A stretch of DNA of 64,000 bases. It comes from an uncultured Candidatus Saccharibacteria bacterium (lineage in GTDB: Bacteria; Patescibacteriota; Doudnabacteria; UBA920). The stretch spans positions 14,392 through 78,391 of the forward strand of contig CAYTCJ010000001.1 of assembly GCA_964436545.1 (NCBI GenBank). Reading direction: 5' to 3'. The notes beneath the pieces are model-generated. The model saw only the letters and a program-made list of their open reading frames with translations. It was not told where the DNA came from and made no database searches. Shown one piece after another: positions 58,865 through 64,000 of this stretch. Each line of letters begins with the position of its first letter. Within the stretch, counting starts at the first letter, position 1. The position numbers were made by a program, and so were the translations under genes.

Positions 58865-59935
58865 ATGAGCGAGTTTCGACAAAATCCCATTTCTAAAGCC
58901 TGGGTCTTAATGGCTCCTTTAAGAGACAAACGGCCCGATGATTACAAGACTTATTCGGTAATGAATGGTGTTTTGGAAAAAGATAAAACTTGCGTTTTTT
59001 GTCCGGGTTTGGAAGATAAGAATGTGGAAATTGGCAGGTATGTTTACGAAGATTATGCGTTAATGCATAAACATTTAGACCAGCCCAAACCTACCTTAGC
59101 GTTTATTCCACCTTTAAGACAAGCAGTTAAAACCAGTCAAGATTGGGAACTGAGAGTGATTGAAAATAAATTTCCTTCTTTGGAGCATGCCGTAAGTTAT
59201 GCGCATAAGGAATTTTATTTTTCCACTACCGGTGCGGGCGATCATGAGGTGTTAATTTTAAGAAAACACAATGAGCCGGTGGCGCTTCAGTCCATTGCTA
59301 CGGTAGAATTAAGTTTAAGAGCTTTAATCCAAAGAATTAATACCTTATCTCGGCATCCGGAAAATGCTTATGTACAAGTGTTTCATAATCATGGGCGAGA
59401 TGCCGGTGCTTCTTTACTCCACCCCCACTATCAAATATTAGCTTTGCCAATTGTCCCTCCGCATATTCATAGTGAAATTATGGGTTGTCAACACTATTTT
59501 AATTTACACCAAAGCGATATTTACGGCGATATTATTCACGAAGAATTAAGTTTAAAAAGCCGAATTGTTCACGAAGATGAATATTTTGTGGTAGTGTGTC
59601 CATATGCGTCGCGCAAACCTTTTGAAATGTGGGTGTTGCCCAAAAGGCAGTGTGCCAGATTTGAAGCCCAAACCGAGGCGGAAGTGTATCACTTATCTTT
59701 TTTGCTTAAAGCGGTTTTAGGCCAATTATTTTTAAAATTAGGTGATCCGCCGTTAAATTTTTATGTGCATACGATGCCAAATTTAAAGGAGAGTAAAACT
59801 TATAACGAAAAAGCGTTCAGGTGGCATTTAACTATTTTTCCTCGGCTTACCATTTGGGCGGGATTTGAATACGCTACCGGTATTCCGGTAAATCCCATTT
59901 TGCCAGAGGTTAGCACTGAGTTTTTGAAAAAATAA
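58865..59935 (+). CDS. galT: galactose-1-phosphate uridylyltransferase-like HIT-superfamily protein
   Basis: CVFCPG zinc motif and HPHYQ (HxHxQ) active site. Confidence 0.6.
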   Translation: MSEFRQNPISKAWVLMAPLRDKRPDDYKTYSVMNGVLEKDKTCVFCPGLEDKNVEIGRYVYEDYALMHKHLDQPKPTLAFIPPLRQAVKTSQDWELRVIENKFPSLEHAVSYAHKEFYFSTTGAGDHEVLILRKHNEPVALQSIATVELSLRALIQRINTLSRHPENAYVQVFHNHGRDAGASLLHPHYQILALPIVPPHIHSEIMGCQHYFNLHQSDIYGDIIHEELSLKSRIVHEDEYFVVVCPYASRKPFEMWVLPKRQCARFEAQTEAEVYHLSFLLKAVLGQLFLKLGDPPLNFYVHTMPNLKESKTYNEKAFRWHLTIFPRLTIWAGFEYATGIPVNPILPEVSTEFLKK

Positions 59936-60110
59936 GAAACTAATTTACGCATGGAACAAATCTACTTATAGCAACGAATTTAACAAATTGACCTCATTCG
60001 TAGATTCGTCTAATTTCTAGATTAGATAATTTTATGAAAAAACTTATCATAGCAAATTGTCCCTCCTTCGCTAAAGCTTCGAAGGATCTTCGAGAAACTT
60101 AACCCTCATT

Positions 60111-60818
60111 ATGCCAAAAAAACTTATCATAGCAAATTGGAAACTTAACCCAACGACTTTAAAAGAGGCGCAGAAGTTGGCGGAATCCATCAATAAAACC
60201 AAAAAGCATACGGTAGTTTTGTGTCCGCCAACTATTTATTTATCCCAAATTGATTTTCCCAACTTGGGAGCGCAAGATTGTTTTTGGACGGAGAAAGGTG
60301 CTTATACCGGCCAAGTGAGCACTGCCCAGCTTAAAGATTTAAAAGTTAAATATTGTTTGGTAGGGCATAGTGAGAAACGGGAATTTGGTGGCGATACAGA
60401 TGCGATTATTAACGCCAAAATTAAAAGTTGTTTGGCGAATAAAATTATTCCGGTTTTGTGCGTGGGTTTTAATACCACGGTTGAGCAGGACGATTTGGAA
60501 GTAATAGATATTTTAAAACAGCAATTAGAGGCGGGTTTAGCCGGAGTGGATACAGCTAAAGTAATTGTGGCGTATGAGCCGGTATGGGCCATTTCTTCAG
60601 GTAATCCATATGCAACTAAAAAAATTGCCACCCCAGAACATGCAGAAAAAATCGCAATTTTTATCAAATCCAAATTTGGTGTAAAAAAGGTGTTGTATGG
60701 TGGGAGCGTTAACCCCTCTAACGGAATGAATTTTTTAATTGAACCAAATATAGACGGATTGTTAGTGGGTGGTGCCAGTTTAATTCCCAGTCAGTTTAAT
60801 CAGATAATTAATTTATGA
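60111..60818 (+). CDS. tpiA: Triosephosphate isomerase (start region duplicated by an upstream insertion)
   Basis: LIIANWKLN, catalytic loop; decoy start at 60034. Confidence 0.9.
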   Translation: MPKKLIIANWKLNPTTLKEAQKLAESINKTKKHTVVLCPPTIYLSQIDFPNLGAQDCFWTEKGAYTGQVSTAQLKDLKVKYCLVGHSEKREFGGDTDAIINAKIKSCLANKIIPVLCVGFNTTVEQDDLEVIDILKQQLEAGLAGVDTAKVIVAYEPVWAISSGNPYATKKIATPEHAEKIAIFIKSKFGVKKVLYGGSVNPSNGMNFLIEPNIDGLLVGGASLIPSQFNQIINL

Positions 60819-60926
60819 TCAAATCTACAAATTTGACGAATCAACGAATGACTACGTATATATGAATATGGTCATTTGTTAAATTTGTTGCTATGAGTAG
60901 ATTTGTTCCATTCGTAAATTCGAATT

Positions 60927-61376
60927 ATGATATACATTGCTTCGGATCATGCGGGGTTTGAGCTTAAAAAAGCAATAGTGGAATATTTAAAAGTTAAAGG
61001 TTTGGAATTTGCCGATTTAGGCCCTTTTGAGTTTAATAAAGAAGACGATTATCCGGATTGGATTTTTCCTTGCGCTCAAAAAGTGGCCGAAGAAGCGGGG
61101 TCCAAAGGGATTATTTTAGGTTCCTCAGGACAAGGTGAGGCGATTGTTGCCAATAAAGTTAAGGGCATTCGAGCGGTAGTTTTTTATGGCGGGGATATGG
61201 AAATAATTAGAAGAAGTCGCACGCATAATAATTCGCAAATCCTTTCTTTGGGGGCGAGGTATTTAACCTTGGAAGTTGCCAAGGAAGCGGTGGATTTATG
61301 GCTAAATACGCAGTTTGAAGGTGGTCGTCACGAACGCCGAATTAAAAAAATTACAGAATTAGAGAATCAAATTTAA
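60927..61376 (+). CDS. rpiB: Ribose-5-phosphate isomerase B
   Basis: MIYIASDHAGFELK. Confidence 0.85.
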   Translation: MIYIASDHAGFELKKAIVEYLKVKGLEFADLGPFEFNKEDDYPDWIFPCAQKVAEEAGSKGIILGSSGQGEAIVANKVKGIRAVVFYGGDMEIIRRSRTHNNSQILSLGARYLTLEVAKEAVDLWLNTQFEGGRHERRIKKITELENQI

Positions 61377-61482
61377 TCTTACCCCTTTTTTGTTAGTGGT
61401 AGATTTTTTAAAACTAAATTCTACAACAAAAAACCGATTTCAGATACATAGCAAAGTAATTTTCTGAAGTGACAAAATATTT

Positions 61483-62121
61483 ATGGCGCAAATTATTCCC
61501 GCAATTCTAGAAACTACCCTCCCGGGCTTTGAAAGAAGTCTGAATTTAGTATGTAAATTGCCCGGCCTTAACCGAATTCAAGTAGATTTTGGCGATGGCG
61601 AATTTATAGAAAATCGTTTGGTAAATGTAGCGGAAATAGATGCTTTGAATCCGGCTTTGGAGTGGGAGGCACATTTAATGGTTAAAGAACCTCAAGATTT
61701 TTTGGACTACCAAATTTGCGGGTTTAAAACTATTATTGTGCATTTTGAGGCTTTTCCATCAACTGACGCTTTAAAAGCGACTTTGGAAACTATAAAAAAG
61801 ATGGGTTTTAAAACCGGAGTGGCTATAAATCCTTCAACATCAGTTAAGGTATTACAAGACATTACAGCAGACCAATATCTTATAATGAGCGTAGTTCCCG
61901 GTAAGCAAGGGCAGTTGTTTATTCTGTCTACAATAGAGAAAGTCAAGGAGTTAAGGCAAATGTTTCCACATGGTATAATAGAAGTAGATGGCGGAGTAAA
62001 TGAAACTAACATTAAAAGTTTAAAAGATGCCGGTGTAGACTTAATTTGTGTGGGCTCGGCTTTGGTAAAAGCTCCGGATGTGAGTTTGGCTTACGCACAT
62101 TTGGAAGATGAGATTGTATGA
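61483..62121 (+). CDS. rpe: Ribulose-phosphate 3-epimerase
   Basis: TIM-barrel Rpe motifs, VDGG. Confidence 0.8.
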   Translation: MAQIIPAILETTLPGFERSLNLVCKLPGLNRIQVDFGDGEFIENRLVNVAEIDALNPALEWEAHLMVKEPQDFLDYQICGFKTIIVHFEAFPSTDALKATLETIKKMGFKTGVAINPSTSVKVLQDITADQYLIMSVVPGKQGQLFILSTIEKVKELRQMFPHGIIEVDGGVNETNIKSLKDAGVDLICVGSALVKAPDVSLAYAHLEDEIV

Positions 62122-62152
62122 ATTATGAATAGTGAGGTATGAGGTATGAATC

Positions 62153-62521
62153 GTGAATAATAGAAAAGAAAAAATGAAAATATTTAGTTTGGAAACAAAA
62201 AAGCATTTGGTGGGGTGGGCGATAGTTTTAGGTTTTATTATAAATATAATAATACTTAAAACCGTACTTTTTAAAGAGTCTTGCTCAGTAACTCCTGAAG
62301 ACAGTTTAGTCCCTTGGGCGGGTTTGCGGATTTGTAAGTATTCAACTGGTATTCCGTTCCGTGTAGTATTTAATTATTTTGAACTTAGGAATGATGGACC
62401 TGTGCATAATTTAAATTATTTTTTGAATATTGTTTTTTGGATTTTTGTAGTTTTAATAGTTTTAAGTGTAGTTAGACATTTTAGAAAGAAAAGTAATCAA
62501 AATATTATAAGCAAAAGGTAG
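62153..62521 (+). CDS. hypothetical membrane protein (122 aa)
   Basis: two hydrophobic segments. Confidence 0.35.
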   Translation: MNNRKEKMKIFSLETKKHLVGWAIVLGFIINIIILKTVLFKESCSVTPEDSLVPWAGLRICKYSTGIPFRVVFNYFELRNDGPVHNLNYFLNIVFWIFVVLIVLSVVRHFRKKSNQNIISKR

Positions 62522-62555
62522 CAAGATGCAGTATTCTTTTTGTATTTTGAGAGAG

Positions 62556-62700
62556 GGTATATCACCCCCCCAGCCCCCCTCTTACCCTAAGAGGGGGAAG
62601 ACTGCAAAGAATGAGCCATTAATCTACTTAACCCTAAGAGGGGGAGATATCACCCCCTAACCCCCTCTTACATTAAGAGGGGGGTCTGCAAAGAATCACC
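62556..62700. repeat. two tandem ~75-nt units each containing a ccccctctta-N-taagaggggg palindrome
   Basis: atatcaccccc...ccccctcttaccctaagagggggaagactgcaaagaat x2. Confidence 0.6.
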
Positions 62701-62788
62701 CCCTATGTCAGTCGTTTATGATTAACATGAGCTCCTATACGAAGTAAACCTAATCTCCTCTTAAGGTAAGAGAAAAAAAATGTAAAAC

Positions 62789-63631
62789 ATGCCTAAACTA
62801 ACCATCAACGAAATAAAACACAAAGCTAATCTTATTAGACAAGATATTATTGAAATGCTACTTCAAGCCGGTAGTGGCCACAGTGCCGGGCCTTTGGGTA
62901 TGGCAGAGGTGTTTGCATGTTTGTATTTTGAAGTTTTACAACATAATCCTAAAAGTCCGACAGATGAAAATCGGGATCGGGTAGTGTTATCTTGCGGGCA
63001 TATTTGTCCTGTGCTTTACGCCAGTTTGGCGGAGAGTGGTTATTTTCCCAAAGAAGAACTGAAAACTTTACGGCAATTAAATTCTCGTTTGCAGGGTCAT
63101 CCGCATAATTTGGCTTTGCCGGGCATAGAAACTTCTAGCGGTCCGTTAGCACAAGGGGTGAGCCAAGCCGTGGGTATGGCTTATGGGTTAATGATGGATG
63201 GGAGAAAAAGCCAAAGAGTTTATTTAATTATGTCCGATGGCGAACAACAAGAAGGTCAGGTTTGGGAAGGTGTAATGTTTGCCGGTAAATATCGTTTGCA
63301 TAATTTAACCGCGTTTATAGATAGAAACAATATTCAAATTGATGGCAATACCGAAGATGTGATGCCACTAGGTGAACTGAAGGCTAAATATGAAGCATTT
63401 AATTGGCACGTCATAGAAGTAGACGGACATAACCCACAAAAAATAATTGATGCTTGTTATGAAGCTAAGGCCATTTACGAAAAGCCCACAGTCATTATTG
63501 CCCATACGATTCCGGGGAAAGGTGTGGATTTTATGGAAGGAGATTATAAGTGGCATGGAATGCCTCCCAACAAAGACCAAGCCGAAAGAGCTTTAAGTCA
63601 ATTAAAGATGCTCGGAGGTAGTGATGCTTGA
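62789..63631 (+). CDS. tktA: Transketolase, N-terminal (TPP-binding) subunit
   Basis: GHSAGPLGMAEV motif. Confidence 0.85.
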   Translation: MPKLTINEIKHKANLIRQDIIEMLLQAGSGHSAGPLGMAEVFACLYFEVLQHNPKSPTDENRDRVVLSCGHICPVLYASLAESGYFPKEELKTLRQLNSRLQGHPHNLALPGIETSSGPLAQGVSQAVGMAYGLMMDGRKSQRVYLIMSDGEQQEGQVWEGVMFAGKYRLHNLTAFIDRNNIQIDGNTEDVMPLGELKAKYEAFNWHVIEVDGHNPQKIIDACYEAKAIYEKPTVIIAHTIPGKGVDFMEGDYKWHGMPPNKDQAERALSQLKMLGGSDA

Positions 63632-63905
63632 GGGTAAAAATATTTTTAAGTTTAGTGAGAGATTAAAAAGAGCCGAGCAAGATCCAAGGTGGCAGGCGAT
63701 TAAGTTATACACTTTAAAACAAATGATCTTGGCAGAATTAAGTTCCGATGATGTGGTAGAAAGGAATTATTTAAATACTTGTAACACACTTGAGGCCTGT
63801 AAAAAATTTGCTCAGGATTGCGGGATTTATATTTCTGATGATGAATTGCGTCAGCAAGCAGTGTTAAATTTTGTGCAAGTAAGCGATGGAATATTAAATT
63901 TATAA
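63621..63905 (+). CDS. hypothetical protein (94 aa) wedged between transketolase N and C subunit genes
   Basis: ORF overlapping tkt-N by 11 nt. Confidence 0.35.
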   Translation: MMLEGKNIFKFSERLKRAEQDPRWQAIKLYTLKQMILAELSSDDVVERNYLNTCNTLEACKKFAQDCGIYISDDELRQQAVLNFVQVSDGILNL

Positions 63906-63908
63906 TTT

Positions 63909-64000
63909 ATGATGCAACTGAATTCAAAAATTGGCCAAAATGATATTGAGCAAATTCCCACCCGTAATGGTTATGGGGAAGCGCTTTTGGAATTGGGGGC
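63909..64000 (+). CDS. tktB: Transketolase C-terminal subunit, 5' fragment (runs off window)
   Basis: MMQLNSKIGQNDIEQIPTRNGYGEALLELG. Confidence 0.6.
   Translation, partial: MMQLNSKIGQNDIEQIPTRNGYGEALLELG

Noticed and set aside
62556-62700. CRISPR array
   Set aside because: Only two tandem units with no spacer-like unique segments and no cas genes. It belongs to the cccctc palindrome family.

Overview
This 64 kb window is an AT-rich, gene-dense bacterial chromosome segment. Its gene content and order point to a small-genome Candidate Phyla Radiation (Patescibacteria)-like organism; this is inference, not a database result.

Three things argue for that placement:
- A long str/S10/spc ribosomal super-operon (rpsL through secY) has no rpmD (L30) between rpsE and rplO.
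- The usual adk-map-infA-rpmJ-rpsM-rpsK-rpsD-rpoA-rplQ tail after secY is absent.
- Several ribosomal proteins carry extensions.

First half of the window (all + strand unless noted):
- Start to 13.5 kb: partial M16 peptidase, nfo, metG, tatD, leuS, tsaC, an MFS transporter, a GxxExxY protein, glyA and a PAP2 phosphatase.
- tRNA-Leu(CAA) and tRNA-Pro(GGG) sit on the minus strand, with parB between them.
- About 1.9 kb after parB has no credible coding capacity. It is full of hairpins and repeats and holds a roughly 550 nt GC-rich island that may be a structured RNA.
- A minus-strand livJHMGF-type ABC transporter operon follows.
- Next comes a metal-homeostasis neighbourhood: ZIP transporter, a Fur-family regulator, two perfect 7-1-7 palindromic boxes, and a GC-rich gene encoding a secreted protein with His motifs.
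- Then GNAT, DUF1761, cupin, DUF3048, rpmB, an M50 protease and the ribosomal operon.

After secY:
- A zincin-like protein and a TraG/VirD4-like membrane ATPase lie among small unknown proteins, including a His/Gly-rich one.
- These are followed by gtrA-like, dnaX, htrA, ruvX, a type IV pilin, galT-like, tpiA, rpiB, rpe and a split transketolase.

Standout observations:
1. LeuRS carries a roughly 180-aa alpha/beta-hydrolase (YdeN/RBBP9-like, GHSLG) domain inserted exactly at the entry to the CP1 editing domain.
2. GC-rich palindromic elements (cccctc…gagggg, ccttcg…cgaagg and cctgcc…ggcagg cores) are inserted in-frame, Rickettsia-palindromic-element-like, into nfo (twice), tatD (twice), tsaC, dnaX, leuS and the 5' end of tpiA. 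They also occur intergenically and as tandem copies.
3. AATCAG-type microsatellite insertions encoding SKSANQ are shared by metG, leuS and dnaX.
4. At least two MITE-like families and an 85-nt palindromic spacer-repeat family populate ribosomal-operon leaders and spacers.
5. A putative Zur-like regulon is present.
6. A GxxExxY mini-cassette is flanked by inverted repeats.

No CRISPR arrays, transposases or rRNA genes were seen. All coordinates were read by hand from the sequence and may be off by a few nucleotides.
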